NCBI GenBank assembly: GCA_964035545.1
Contig: OZ037772.1
Span: forward strand, 4,121,538-4,185,537
Origin: Bugula neritina
Lineage: Eukaryota > Animalia > Bryozoa
DNA length: 64,000 bases
Direction of reading: 5' to 3'
How positions within the stretch are numbered: position 1 is the stretch's first letter; every line of letters starts with the position of its first letter. The notes below the pieces were generated by a model. The model ran no database searches. It was not told where the DNA came from and saw only the letters and a program-made list of their open reading frames with translations. The position numbers and the translations under genes are program-made. Below, piece after piece: positions 15,205-26,900 of the stretch.

Positions 15205-15335
15205 TATAACCGATCACATGACTTGTTGCATATTTAGACACAAGATTATATAACCAATCACATGACTTGTTGCATATTTAGACACATGATTATATAACCA
15301 ATCACCTGACTCGTTACATATTTAGTCACATAACC
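15205..15335. repeat. Intronic tandem repeat, ~44-bp unit x3
   Basis: TATAACC(G/A)ATCACATGACTTGTTGCATATTTAGACAC.. repeated three times. Confidence 0.8.
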
Positions 15336-17156
15336 ACTGCACAGCTGTTAAGACTGTTTTGTCACACAATTACCTGAGGGTAGACAAAGTTTCTTCAAGA
15401 TTGAGACTAGACTGACTAATAGTGGCAATCATTGCGGTACGAGAGTTACCACCCGAACTTTCTCTCAACAGCCAGCCATGTGAGAACTGAGTCTCTGTAT
15501 GGGACAAACAACTTCTTCTTTTTAGCCTGAGAACTCTGCCCAGTTAACACACTGATGACTTTACCGAGGGTTAGCAGAGACCTGCCACCATAAACTAAAT
15601 GTCAGTATAATATCTGGTAACAATTCAGTCAACAATATTCAAGTTTAAGGCAATTATTGGATCAAAACTAAGAGATTTTGAAACTTGAAATGCAAATCAT
15701 ATACCCAGGAAGTTGAAACTTATCAAATATTGTGATACATGTAAAGGTATGACTAAATGATAGGTAAAGTAAGGAATGTTATTTCCACGTTGCAGTAAAA
15801 TAATACTCTTATGACAATAAAATATAACTATTCAACATAATACAAAATAATATAATAATAATATAATAGTATTATGTCTACATTTAACACTCCAAAATTC
15901 ACTTAATGAAAGGAAGATACTTTTTCATCAGCTTTTTATTCCAATTTCTTATATTATGAAAGGTGAAGATTTAAACACAACAGCAGGACTAGCAGTACCT
16001 AGTAGCAGGTATGAAAGGTGAAGGTCATACTTGGTAATGCTGGCTCCCTCCTTCAGTCTCTCCCCAAACGTCTGCGCAGAAGACTGTCTCTCAGATCCAG
16101 CCATATCCACCAGGTTTATCTTACTGACTACCGAGTGCTCGTGCTGACCAGCCTCAAAGTCCATAGTCTACAGCGCATAGGAATCACGGGCTACACACAG
16201 CGGCTAATACAAACCTACAGGTTTGAGAACAGTGTAATCAGATAACTCCAAAATATATGTATAATAAACAGAAATTCACCATAAACTAGCTCAATGGCAT
16301 TTCATACAAACCGCATGTTTTATTCCTAAACAAAGATAATTTATTGATTTATGTCCATCAATTTTATTTTGTTTACAGCAAGTCTGAGGGACAGAATCTC
16401 TCAGGTCAACCAGTGCACCCAATATCTCATGTTTACTCAGGACAACCTGTTTGCTTAGCAGAATATTGGATATCCCATTCCTAACCTAGACTACACAATG
16501 TTCGCAAACCTATCACATGACACTAGTAAAACTATACAATCCAAGAAAATCAATGATGTATTTAAACATGAAAAATAACCCAATGTTGAGTCAACCGGCC
16601 TTTTAACTTGCAGTAAAACTTACTTGCACTCAATTCCCATAAAACAATGTTAAAATAAAAACTGTATGACCAGCAGTGTAAATAAATAAACCAATGTCTG
16701 GCAGATAAATGTAAGTAAAGTTACAGCTACAGACGCTGTACTGTTAGCATACATACTACAGATAATATGTTGAGTTGAGTAAATAAACAGGAAATAGTCA
16801 TACAGGAAGTAGTTGCACAGAAAGTGATGAAACAGGAAGTAGTTGCACAGGAAGTACTGATACCCTGCTCTGAGTGAGATAGAGTGTGAACACCGAGTGT
16901 GACCTTGAACTCTTGTCATGCATGCCGGTGGCATGCTGCCGATTACACGGAGTCAGCAGTTTCTACAGAACATGAAACACATTTGATTACCAGCTGCAGG
17001 AGTCTTGAGATGTTTGTAACGTCACAAATAATTAATAGATCGACAGTGAAACAATAAACAGTGTCTGTGATAGAAATAGATCTAAAAAAAGAACCATGCA
17101 TAGCGTAATAGTGCCTGCCTAAGGAGCCAAATAGAATGGAGATAGACCTATAAAAA

Positions 17157-17275
17157 GGACAGCTGTGGTGTACTGAGTAAAGTGCTGGCCTAGTAAACAT
17201 AAGGTCAGTGGTTGGAGTTCAAACACAGACAGTGATGTGAGAAAGAGCATCCAGTAACAATTGCTCCTGCTTCAC
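17157..17275 (+). mobile_element. tRNA-Thr(AGT)-derived SINE, copy 1 (degenerate)
   Basis: tRNA-like head with a CTAGTAAAC anticodon loop, followed by the GAAAGAGCATCCAGT block shared with the copies at 17313 and 46797. Confidence 0.6.
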
Positions 17276-17312
17276 AAGGTCAACATAAATAAAAAATAAC
17301 AAACAAAAAGAT

Positions 17313-17440
17313 GGAGCAGCTGAGGGCTAGTGGTTAGAGCGCTGGTTTAGTAAACACAAAGTCACAGGTTTGAACCCCAGTAAAGGCTATTGGTGATGTT
17401 AGGAAGAGCATCCAGTCATAATTGCTCTAATGTCCCACCT
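17313..17440 (+). mobile_element. tRNA-Thr(AGT)-derived SINE, copy 2
   Basis: A-box-like GGCTAGTGGTTAGAGCGC, TTAGTAAAC loop, B-box-like GGTTTGAACCC, then GGCTATTGGTGATGTTAGGAAGAGCATCCAGTC. Confidence 0.7.
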
Positions 17441-17618
17441 GAACATGTCCTTAGTCTGGTTTAGAAAAACTCTTTCCATCAGGGGTTTCTCACAGGGATA
17501 GTGACTATACACTCACAAAAGTTTTACAATTATTAAAGCAGCAGAATTAGCAGAACATCAGTGAATGTAAACTCAGGTGAATTTTTTAAAATTTATAACA
17601 TTAAACTAGGACACAGAC

Positions 17619-17780
17619 CTCTAACATAAACTCAAAGAGCCTCTTGCCAAAACCCTGCCGTTGCTTCCTCTCATGGACATGGAAGTCAAGGATACACAGT
17701 GGCTCCACCTCTCTCTGATTACCCTGGTGGTCGTAGAGAAACAACTTCTTGATAAAACCAACAGCTGTGCCTTTTTATTA
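17619..17780 (-). pseudogene. ATAT1: Isolated exon of alpha-tubulin N-acetyltransferase (ATAT1/MEC-17)
   Basis: Translates [52 protein letters not shown], matching the ATAT1 core ([36 protein letters not shown].YML). It is bounded by cag and gt. The VGxK residues are deleted, and I saw no other ATAT1 exons. Confidence 0.9.
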
Positions 17781-19290
17781 CTGCAACAGTATGAAATTAT
17801 CAGCAACTTGCAGACAGAGAAAGCTCAATCAAAAACGAAATTCAGTTTTCCAAATATATGTAAGCTTTCGAGGAAAAAAATAAAAATTGGCAGCCAATTA
17901 CAGAGCAAAATGTCACCTTACAATTTTTATACTTTCAGCTTAACGTGAACATCAAATATGCAAAATAGAAAACTCTATAGTCTGAGAATTTATAACTTTA
18001 GCCCAGTAAAATAGTGTGTATTTCGAGTGCTGTCTAACTGCCCTGCATACAGTAAAAGTATTAGAGTAGATGATGACTCACCTATTTGACTGACATTCAG
18101 TACAAGTGCTTCTGAGTGCTTGGGACACTAAAGGGAAATGTCATGACATCATTTCCTTCCATATTACAACAGTAAGTAGATATATGATCAATATCAAAAC
18201 TATGCCAACCCAATTTCCAAACTACCATTCAGATTTGGCATGTAAGCCAATAAATTAATATGAATAGACTCATTTCAAACTATCACAAAAGTTTGCTATT
18301 TTATGAAGCTGTAAGTAAACTGTGGTATGAAAATTAATGTAAAACACGCTTTTTAGTGACTGTAGTACATGTAGAACTAGTAGTAGTCTAACTTGAATCT
18401 CAAAATTTTATAATGCAAAGAACTCTCAAATTTTATGCTGATTCATTAACTTATATTTTAATGTAGAATACCTCTATCCTCTTTTCTAACTGTAGATCAC
18501 TCACTATCTATGTTTGTATACATAACATTTGTTAAAAAAACTCTCAATTTATCAGATTATTTAAAACTACATTTTTTCTTTATTTCACTTAAATTTCAAC
18601 ATAAAAATTCAATTGAGTATGAAATAACGTTAAAATTAACTTCAAGAATCTTGTTATGTTTTTAAAAATATAAAACTCTAATTCAAACATTGATAATTTA
18701 GAAAAAATTAGTTTAAAATCATTTGTATATAATTGCAGCAACAATTACTTTTAGGTAATTGAAAAAGGTTTTGATTTAGCTGACCTATGGCTAATAATAA
18801 ATTGTTCAAATTTTTGTACATGTGTCACCAACTTTAAATTACTTAGTTTACAAATACTTTTGCTGGTCTTAAGAGTCTATCGATGATAAAAATAGTCTTT
18901 CCTTCCACAAGTGAGCTAACATTGAAATCAAAATTTATTTGATCTTGTCTTCAGCTTCTGCCCAGATATGGCAATTTCAACTTGCTAAACCAAAACTGAA
19001 AAGTTCATTTCTATCATTATTGCATTTGAAATGAGCATTTCGCAGTTGAACTCATCAGAAATGACAGAATTAATATGAAAGAGAATGAAATACAGTTTAA
19101 ATTAGATCAAATTTGTTTGCAGTTTTACTGCATTGTCATGGCCCATGAGCATAATATTAACATGTATACAGCTAATAGCATGATTGTTTTACTACTACTA
19201 TTATAAGTTTTTACTTTTAGCATAATTGACTATTACACTTAATATAGCAATAGGCATGGTCAATGATCATAAATTGAGTGTTAGCATGGC

Positions 19291-19479
19291 TGTTTATGTT
19301 ATGGTTGTTTTATTAGATTCAGAGACCAGTCTAGGAGTTTAGAATAGTTTATTGCTTAAGCTATTAAAGGTCCACTCTGGATAGATCCAAAAGCACAAAC
19401 TCGCTCTGATTAATCACATTCATAACATAGTATAAATATTTTAAAACAAAGACAAAGCATATTCTGCATATCATCAACA
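19291..19479 (-). repeat. Element A 3' LTR (189 bp, TG..CA)
   Basis: Identical by eye to the reassembled 5' LTR; preceded on the minus strand by the purine tract GTAAAGGGGA. Confidence 0.95.
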
Positions 19480-19810
19480 TCCCCTTTACAAATCTTTGAC
19501 AATGTTGAGCAAACAAACAAACAAAAAACTAAACAACAAAATTAAGAGCTGATACATAAACAAGTAATATGATTTTGTTAATAGTATAGTAGATTAGCAT
19601 ATTATGATGAGATTGTCTCCCTAGTTAATTTAGAGTACATTATTTTCTGGGTTTGGGTTATTTAAATTTCTTTTCCTTTATTGTCCGATTGCCTTCGGGC
19701 AGATTAGGTATAATTCTCTAGTACATCTCATATTGTTCATATTTAGCTGGGGTTTTTGTTTGTCTGGACCGTTGCCATTTAACTGGAGTTGGATCAGGGT
19801 TTGTATTCAC

Positions 19811-22800
19811 TTAATCTGTAGGAATTGCTGCTGCGGCTGATTGAGTCGGTGCGTCTGGAACAGAATGACTGACTACTGGGTCGTTGGTGTCTGTTGGTAT
19901 TTCGACTGTAGTCAATGGCTGACTAGCTTGCACATCGCTCAGAGGGCGCAAATCTGCCCTGTTTCGCCTCACAGCAGTGTCTGTGTCTTTGCTTGAGACA
20001 AGGTATGATCGGTCCGACAGCTGTTCAACTACTCTGCCCTGCTGCCATCTAGTCTTTTGTGACACAAAGTCTCTCAGCAGCACTGGCGAGCCAATAGCCA
20101 ACTTTGTCAAATCTTTAGCTAATTTATTGTAGCTGCTCTGTACCACTTTTCTCTTGTTATCTTTTTGCTGTAAGACATTGTTCTTTGGCATGTCACCTGT
20201 AGGGAGAATAGATCTCGTGGAATGCCCAAACATCCTTTGAGCTGGTGATGAGGTCATCCCTGCAGTTGGGGTATTTCGATATTCTAGCAGAGCCAAATAT
20301 GGGTCTTCTGCTCTCTTCATCAGTCTTTTAATTATTTTAACTGCTGCTTCGGCTTTGCCATTTGACTGCTGATGTCCAGGAGATGAGGTTGTATGGCTGA
20401 AACCCCATTCAGTGCTGAATCGAGCAAAGTCGGCCGAGGTGAATTGTGGTCCATTGTCTGACTGAAGCTGGTGAGGGATTCCATACCTTGCAAAGGTTTT
20501 TTTGCAAGCGTTGATTACTGTTCTAGATTGTGTATCCGAGAGAGGTTCACATTCAAAGAAGTCAGAGTAATAATCTACCAGCATAAAATAATCCTTATGC
20601 TTGTAGGTTAGTATGTCCATTCCTACTTTACTCCAAGGTAAGTCTGGTATGTCATGGTTTTGTAGAGACTCATGCTGTTGTAAAGGTGCATCCATTGCAC
20701 ATGTGACACACTTGTCAGTTTTCATTCGAATATCCTCAGCCATTTGAGGCCAGAATACAGCATTGCGAGCTCTTCTGATAGTGGCAGCTGTTCCTTGATG
20801 GCTAGTGTGAAGCTTGTTGAGTATCTCACCTCTTGCAGCTATGGGCACAACCAGTCTAGATCCTTTATAAATAATTCCATCTAATACTGCAAGTTCATCT
20901 TTGTATGAATAGTACGGCTTCACCTCTTCTGGAAGTTGAAATAATTTGTTAGGCCATCCTGAGGTTATCAAAGATTGCAGCTGCACCATTACTGGATCAT
21001 TGCTTGTATGTTGTTGAATCAGTTTATAGGTCGCTTCTGACACTGGCAGGTCTTGCTTTAGACCCGTTGCGCTCAGGTCGGACATAAATGACTTCAATTG
21101 ATTAACTGTGAAAATTTGTTCTTCCGATGTATTGTTCTGGGGTTCACCAACAGGAGCACGAGACAGCATGTCTGCTGTAACTTGTTCGGAACCAGGTTTG
21201 TAGTGCACTTTAATTTGGTATCTTTGCAGAGCCAATAGCATTGACTGCAGGCGTTTAGGCGCTTTGTTCAGAGGTTTCTTAAATATTGTTTCTAAAGGGT
21301 GGTGATCCGTGTGTACAGTTACATCTGGGTTTCCAAAAACATACTGATCATGTTTCTGCATCCCATAGACTATGGCCAGAAGTTCTAGTTCAATAGGTGC
21401 ATAGTTTTTTTCACTATCTGTCAAGCTTCTAGAGCCATAGCTCACTGGTTGCCCCTCTTGCAAAAGTACAGCTCCGAGCCCTTCTAGGCTTGCATCAGTC
21501 TGTACAACCACTGGCTGGTTCATGTTGAAGTATTTGAGTGAAGAAGTTTTTGTGATCAGTTTTTTAATCTCCTCAAACGCCCTCTTTTGATCTTGGCCCC
21601 AGACAAACTCCTCATTGCTGACACCAATCAGTCGTCTTAGTGGTTCACACTCAGCAGAGCAGTGCGGTATGAACTTCGATAGATAGTTCACATGACCGAG
21701 AAACCTCTGTATTCCTTCACTGTTGACAGGGGGTTTCATGTTTGTTATGGCTTGGATTTTATTAGGATCGGGCTTCACTCCATCTCTTGTTATCAAATGA
21801 CCAATATAAGGTAGCTCTTCTAAAAGAAACTTACATTTTTCTTTGTTTAGTTTCAGATTAACTTTACGTGCTCTAGCCAAAAGTTTTTCGAGCTTTTGGT
21901 TATGGTCTTGAACTGCTTCCGCTTGAGTAGCTCCTTTCCCATAAATTAGGATGTCGTCTGCTACTACAGTTACTCCGCCGAGACCGCTAAGTGCATCTGA
22001 GAGTCTCCTCTGGAACTCTTCAGGACTTGAGGACAACCCAAAAGGCATTCTCAGCCACTTATATTTGCCAAATGGCGTCCAGAATGTAGTTAAGTCACTG
22101 GACTTTTTGCTGAGCTTTATCTGCAGAAAGCCGTCCTTTGCATCACACAATGAGAATACTTGAGCACCATCCAGCTCGCTAAGCACATCATCAAGCGTCG
22201 GCATTGGGAAGTGATTTCTTTGAATCACTTGGTTTAAGTTGCTTGGGTCCAAACATACTCTCAGTGTGCCATTGGGCTTTCTCACAGCCACATGATTGTT
22301 TATCCAAGCTGTTGGATAGTCTACTGGACTTAAGATACCCTTCTTAGTGTATGACTGCAACTTCTGTTTGAGATCAGCTACCATCAAGAGAGGCGTCTTT
22401 CTGTTGTGACTTTGTCTTGGGATAGACCTATCGTCTATTTCAATATGGTATTCCCCAGGCAAACATCCAATACCTTTAAAAACTTCTGGGTAACTTCTGA
22501 GAATGTCATCTAGGCTGGCATCGCTTATTAAGTTAACCCACTCCTTTTTAATGGTTATCAAACCAAGCTGAAGAGCAGCCTCACCAGATAGAAGGCTGTG
22601 ATTTCGTGTCTTGTGCATCAGAAAATATAGCTTCTCTCCAGCTACTTCCAGTTCACATTTTCCTAATGCTCGAGTGATAGAACCATCAAACTGCTTTAGT
22701 TCTGTCTGGTTGTTGTCAAGCTTTGGCTTACCAAGGTCAACAAAATCTTTGTGATTGAGAATGTTACAGGATGCTCCTGTGTCAATCTGAAACTGCGTCG

Positions 22801-23704
22801 GTTTGTGGCTATCATTCACACTGGCTCTTATAGTTGTCATCAATTTTTTGTTCTTTCTGACTACCTGTATGCTCAACAGGGATTCACCTGAACCATCACT
22901 GTCTTCTTCTACCACGTTTACTTGCTTTTTTGAGCGACATTGAGATCTCCAATGGTTGTACTTTTTGCAGTTATGACACTGGTGCCCATATGCAGGACAC
23001 TTTCTGGGAGGGTGAGACTGCCCACAGTTGCCACAACTTCCTTTTGATAAGTTTCCTGTTCGAGTGGACCTTACTGCATTATCATAATCATTTTTGTTTG
23101 GCTTACTTGGCTTTTTTCTGGAACCAATGAACTGCACTGACTCTTCAGACTGGATTGCAGCCATGTCATTTCTTGAATTCTCAGCAATACGACATTTCTT
23201 TATAGCTTCCTCCAGTCCTAAGCCAGTATCTCCGCTGGCATCATCAAATAGCTTCCTTCTTAGTTGGCCATCCTTGATGCCCAGGAGTAAAGCTTGAAGC
23301 ATGAAATCATCATACATCGTGTTCAGTTGACACTCTCGAGCAATTTTGTGAAGTGAGGTGACATATTCATCAATGTTCATGGTATTCTGCTTGGTGGAAA
23401 ACAGTTGATGTCTTTTGACTGGTTTATTTGTGCCTCGTTGACAAAAAGCATCAAACTTCTCTACAACATCAGCATAGACTTCTTTTGATTTACCATCTGA
23501 AAAGGTGAATGTTTTAAATATGTCGTTGCCTCTTGGGCCTATGCATCTTAACATAATGGCTACTTTGACTTTATCATCAGAATTTGCTTTCTCAGCTGCT
23601 GTGAGGAATAGCTCAAATTCTTCTTTGAATCTCGCCCACTGGTTGGACAAGTCAGAGCCATCTTGAATAGGCTTAGGGGCTAAAAAGTCAACACTGATAC
23701 TCAT
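19811..23704 (-). CDS. Element A Gag-Pol polyprotein (Gag with Cys/His knuckles, PR, RT, RNase H, IN)
   Basis: Single ORF from ATG MSISVDF. Motifs: CGNCGQSH..C and CHNCKKYNH..C, protease FQIDTGAS, RT VADDIL, RNase H QTDAS, integrase H-H-C-C and GMD/SDNG/KAE. The TAA at 19811-19813 looks premature because the frame continues to 19718. Confidence 0.95.
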   Translation of the reverse strand: MSISVDFLAPKPIQDGSDLSNQWARFKEEFELFLTAAEKANSDDKVKVAIMLRCIGPRGNDIFKTFTFSDGKSKEVYADVVEKFDAFCQRGTNKPVKRHQLFSTKQNTMNIDEYVTSLHKIARECQLNTMYDDFMLQALLLGIKDGQLRRKLFDDASGDTGLGLEEAIKKCRIAENSRNDMAAIQSEESVQFIGSRKKPSKPNKNDYDNAVRSTRTGNLSKGSCGNCGQSHPPRKCPAYGHQCHNCKKYNHWRSQCRSKKQVNVVEEDSDGSGESLLSIQVVRKNKKLMTTIRASVNDSHKPTQFQIDTGASCNILNHKDFVDLGKPKLDNNQTELKQFDGSITRALGKCELEVAGEKLYFLMHKTRNHSLLSGEAALQLGLITIKKEWVNLISDASLDDILRSYPEVFKGIGCLPGEYHIEIDDRSIPRQSHNRKTPLLMVADLKQKLQSYTKKGILSPVDYPTAWINNHVAVRKPNGTLRVCLDPSNLNQVIQRNHFPMPTLDDVLSELDGAQVFSLCDAKDGFLQIKLSKKSSDLTTFWTPFGKYKWLRMPFGLSSSPEEFQRRLSDALSGLGGVTVVADDILIYGKGATQAEAVQDHNQKLEKLLARARKVNLKLNKEKCKFLLEELPYIGHLITRDGVKPDPNKIQAITNMKPPVNSEGIQRFLGHVNYLSKFIPHCSAECEPLRRLIGVSNEEFVWGQDQKRAFEEIKKLITKTSSLKYFNMNQPVVVQTDASLEGLGAVLLQEGQPVSYGSRSLTDSEKNYAPIELELLAIVYGMQKHDQYVFGNPDVTVHTDHHPLETIFKKPLNKAPKRLQSMLLALQRYQIKVHYKPGSEQVTADMLSRAPVGEPQNNTSEEQIFTVNQLKSFMSDLSATGLKQDLPVSEATYKLIQQHTSNDPVMVQLQSLITSGWPNKLFQLPEEVKPYYSYKDELAVLDGIIYKGSRLVVPIAARGEILNKLHTSHQGTAATIRRARNAVFWPQMAEDIRMKTDKCVTCAMDAPLQQHESLQNHDIPDLPWSKVGMDILTYKHKDYFMLVDYYSDFFECEPLSDTQSRTVINACKKTFARYGIPHQLQSDNGPQFTSADFARFSTEWGFSHTTSSPGHQQSNGKAEAAVKIIKRLMKRAEDPYLALLEYRNTPTAGMTSSPAQRMFGHSTRSILPTGDMPKNNVLQQKDNKRKVVQSSYNKLAKDLTKLAIGSPVLLRDFVSQKTRWQQGRVVEQLSDRSYLVSSKDTDTAVRRNRADLRPLSDVQASQPLTTVEIPTDTNDPVVSHSVPDAPTQSAAAAIPTD

Positions 23705-23795
23705 CTTGATATTGTGAACTTTTGTTGTTGATTTAGTTCTGTATTGATTGTTGTCTTTCTTTCCAGCGAACACTTGTATTTTTAGTTTCTTTAAT

Positions 23796-23813
23796 TCCTC
23801 ACTCGGGGCACCA
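23796..23813 (-). promoter_or_regulatory. Element A primer-binding site, elongator tRNA-Met-like
   Basis: TGGTGCCCCGAGTGAGGA directly follows the LTR CA. It is complementary, with one difference, to the elongator tRNA-Met 3' end ..TCCTCACACGGGGCACCA as I recall it. Confidence 0.7.
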
Positions 23814-23947
23814 TGTTTATGTTATGGTTGTTTTATTAGATTCAGAGACCAGTCTAGGAGTTTAGAATAGTTTATTGCTTAAGCTATTAAAGGTCCACTC
23901 TGGATAGATCCAAAAGCACAAACTCGCTCTGATTAATCACATTCATA

Positions 23948-26900
23948 CACAGCATAGTTAAGGTCATCCCCAGTGAAATATCATCTCATAATCTAGTCTC
24001 AGTTCCTAGTTGCTATTGCTCTGTGGGCGGCACGCGTATTGCCTACTTGTCATAATTTAGCATGAGATATAACAATTGCCAACAGACCATGAAATTAGCT
24101 AGGGCTGCACCTGTTCGTATTACAACCATCGCTACAATCTATTGAGCAAGTATGTGGTCATGGCAAGCCTCAGCATCACCTCATTATTATTATTACAAGA
24201 GACCAGTGGTTTGTTTTATGTGCAATGTACTTGATGTACAAAGGAAGATAATTTTCATAACTGCTTTTTTAACAAACAATGTAAAACTATTTCAGATTCT
24301 GGAAGCAAGCTAAATGCTAATGCTAACTCAATGTTCTTCCATTTGGCTAGCCTAATAAAGTTGTTAATAATTACAGGCTTGACTACAACCTTTGAAATTT
24401 TATTGCAGTTATTATTTAAATACTGTAAAAGGCAGTCATAACAAATAATTTAGAGATGCTCTTTTCTCAAAGCATAATGTTTTTAGGCTAGACCATTAAT
24501 CTATCTGTTCACTACCATTGACTAACTTAAAACCAAAATTACCTTCTTCATTAAAATCCTCTTCTAGTTGTAAAAACACTTCTCACTGCTAAACTATTAC
24601 AATCAGTTACAGACTCTGCACAATAGATTAGAATAGTAAAGAGACTTGTATATAAGTTAGATAGTCATGTGCGAGATTTTGTTGGTAGCTGTGAAGGGCA
24701 GATATGCAGAATCTTGTGTGGCCACTTTGAGTTTAGATGGTTTGGGTAAAGGATTTGATTGCTGAAAATGTCTAATAAAGCTAGTAGGTACTTTTGTCGT
24801 CCCATTGTACATTAGTATATAAGCAATAATCAACACTTATTGAAGTGAGTTGGAACTTGGAACTATATAAAAGGTTAGACCATGAGCCTGTGCTTTAAGT
24901 ATATTCTATTTGCTCTCTGCTGTATACAGTCTAAACTTTTAAGGATCCAATCAAGCCTAAATGGCATCTATCTAAATGTCCAAAAATTGGCTATGAGCTG
25001 TATCTTGTTGCCTTGCACTGAGAAATGAATATGAGGCCAGCAAACACCTGGGCTCTTTTGTACTCCTGGCAACTACTATCAATAGTTGGTTATCATAGCT
25101 GCGGAGTGTTCACTCAAGCATGATATCATCGGCTTGTATAGCAACTCAGAGCCAAGATTATCAACTATTTTATGTTTCTAAATTTAGCATCTAATAGAAA
25201 AAGCTGTGTCTAGTTAGACTGACTGACCGACGCTATGCATGCTTGCCCGAGTGAAACATCCACGATGAAAAGTTTTAATCTTAGCTAGACAAATATTGAG
25301 AATTTGAAAAGAAAACCTCCTTAAGATAAAAACAGATGTCCAGTGAATTCAGTTTTGTTTCCAGACTGATAGGTGTCAGTTAATCAGCTCAGATATAACT
25401 AGCAATGCATTATCTAATATTTTGATGCTGCAGTTATAATATTCCATAACAAGAATTGACTTGAGAATTTAGGCATATGCAACAAATCATTCAGTTTTAT
25501 TCAAGTAAATACCAGATAGCCATTGCTCAAGATCACAACGAAAATCAGTTTGGATTTTCAAACATAATAGAATATATATACACGTATGATCAGGCATAGA
25601 AGTAGCAAGTTCAATGAATAATGTGAACATGCAGAAGGTGTAACAGGTGTGTACTATTGTGAAGGAATAAGTCAGGCTTTTTTATAGCAATACATCCTAT
25701 AAATATATTACAAACTTGGGGGAAATAATAGGTTAGTTCCCTAATTACTTTTCTTTAGCAAACATTACGATATTAAATGTCAAAACTGGCTTTGTAAAAA
25801 AGCAGAATTTATAAAAATTCAAGCTGCAAAAGCCTAACTAAAAGGCACATTGCTAGGGTAATTAGTCCTGTCAACTATTAATGATTTTAGTTTTTATATC
25901 CGTGGATAAAAGTCCTATTCTTGCAGGTAGAGTCTTGATATATAGGTGTCAATTGTAGAGTATTATGCTTTTTAAACATAAAAAGATATCGTCTTGCAAG
26001 AGTAGAAGATCAAAAAATCCTAAGAGCTGCAGCTGACATTGAAAAGATGTCCTGATTACACATACTATAGCATTTTGTTGGCAAAACTTAATCCTCTAGT
26101 ATAAGCCACTTGTTTTGGGGCATCATCTAAAAATACAAATAGCAGATTTCTCAATACATTCAAAAGTAATTTTCAACATTTGAAATTTGATTTAACATGT
26201 TCATACACCACAGCTAGTACAGGTACTATTATAGTAGTCTATATTCTGTAAAATCTACCTATACTGTAATCAGATCAAAGCTGCCTGCTGGTAACTTTAT
26301 AAAAGACACAGCTCATAATTACAATTAATATGTTGAATGCTCCCTTGAAATTGTATTTTTCAAATAATTTCTCAGTAGATATGATTGCCATGACCACTAC
26401 AATTTTTTTGAAACATATTATGCTTATAATGTGTTTCAAGTTGGTCACTCAAAGTAAATGTAGTTTGGTATGCAAGTAGTAGTACAATGAGAATTACTAA
26501 ACAAAAGCTCCTCAGTGCAATATTATATTTTCTATGTGCCTACTCAACTACAGAACTTTAAATATTCAAGAAAAAAAAAATAGTCAATAATAAATTTGGC
26601 AATTTTTCTTAAAGTTAATTACATAATGATGAAATGAACGAACAATTTAGATCTAGTTTTACAGTCTTTGTAATAGTTCTACCATTAATGAATGACTATA
26701 TTACTATACATTTTAATTTTTTTATGAATATAAAACTCAATTTTGAAGTTCAGTGATACTGTGCAATACAAATAATAATAAGAATAATAATAATAATATA
26801 GTAATACTAATAGTAATAGTAATACGCATGCAGTATAGGCCTACCGTAATACTAATAGTACAACTATACAAATACTATAAAATTAAATATATTATTGCTT

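Larger units (their letters stand above)
6148..16962 (-). pseudogene. KIF14: KIF14-like kinesin-3 pseudogene, multi-exon and 5'-truncated
   Basis: AG/GT-bounded exons: 16864-16962 (GMHDKSSRSHSVFTL, switch I), 16031-16167 (SKINLVDMAGSER, switch II), 15374-15581 ([33 protein letters not shown]), 14882-15059 (RYAKQARSIVN..KLIREL), 14281-14383 (coiled coil), 12132-12274 (DRVIIGGDHYFRFNHP..PKDFLFAK, FHA end), 9810-10033 (SKFEERLADMREL), 9209-9395, 8786-8893 and 7782-7958. Exons down to ~6148 are tentative. Lesions are a 4-bp duplication frameshift at ~15469-15478, an in-frame TGA at 7902-7904, and no visible P-loop or N-terminal FHA exons. Confidence 0.85.

Noticed and set aside
19690-19701. C(UUCG)G tetraloop hairpin in the element A 3' region
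   Set aside because: The stem is only 4-5 bp and lies on the antisense strand, so it could be chance.
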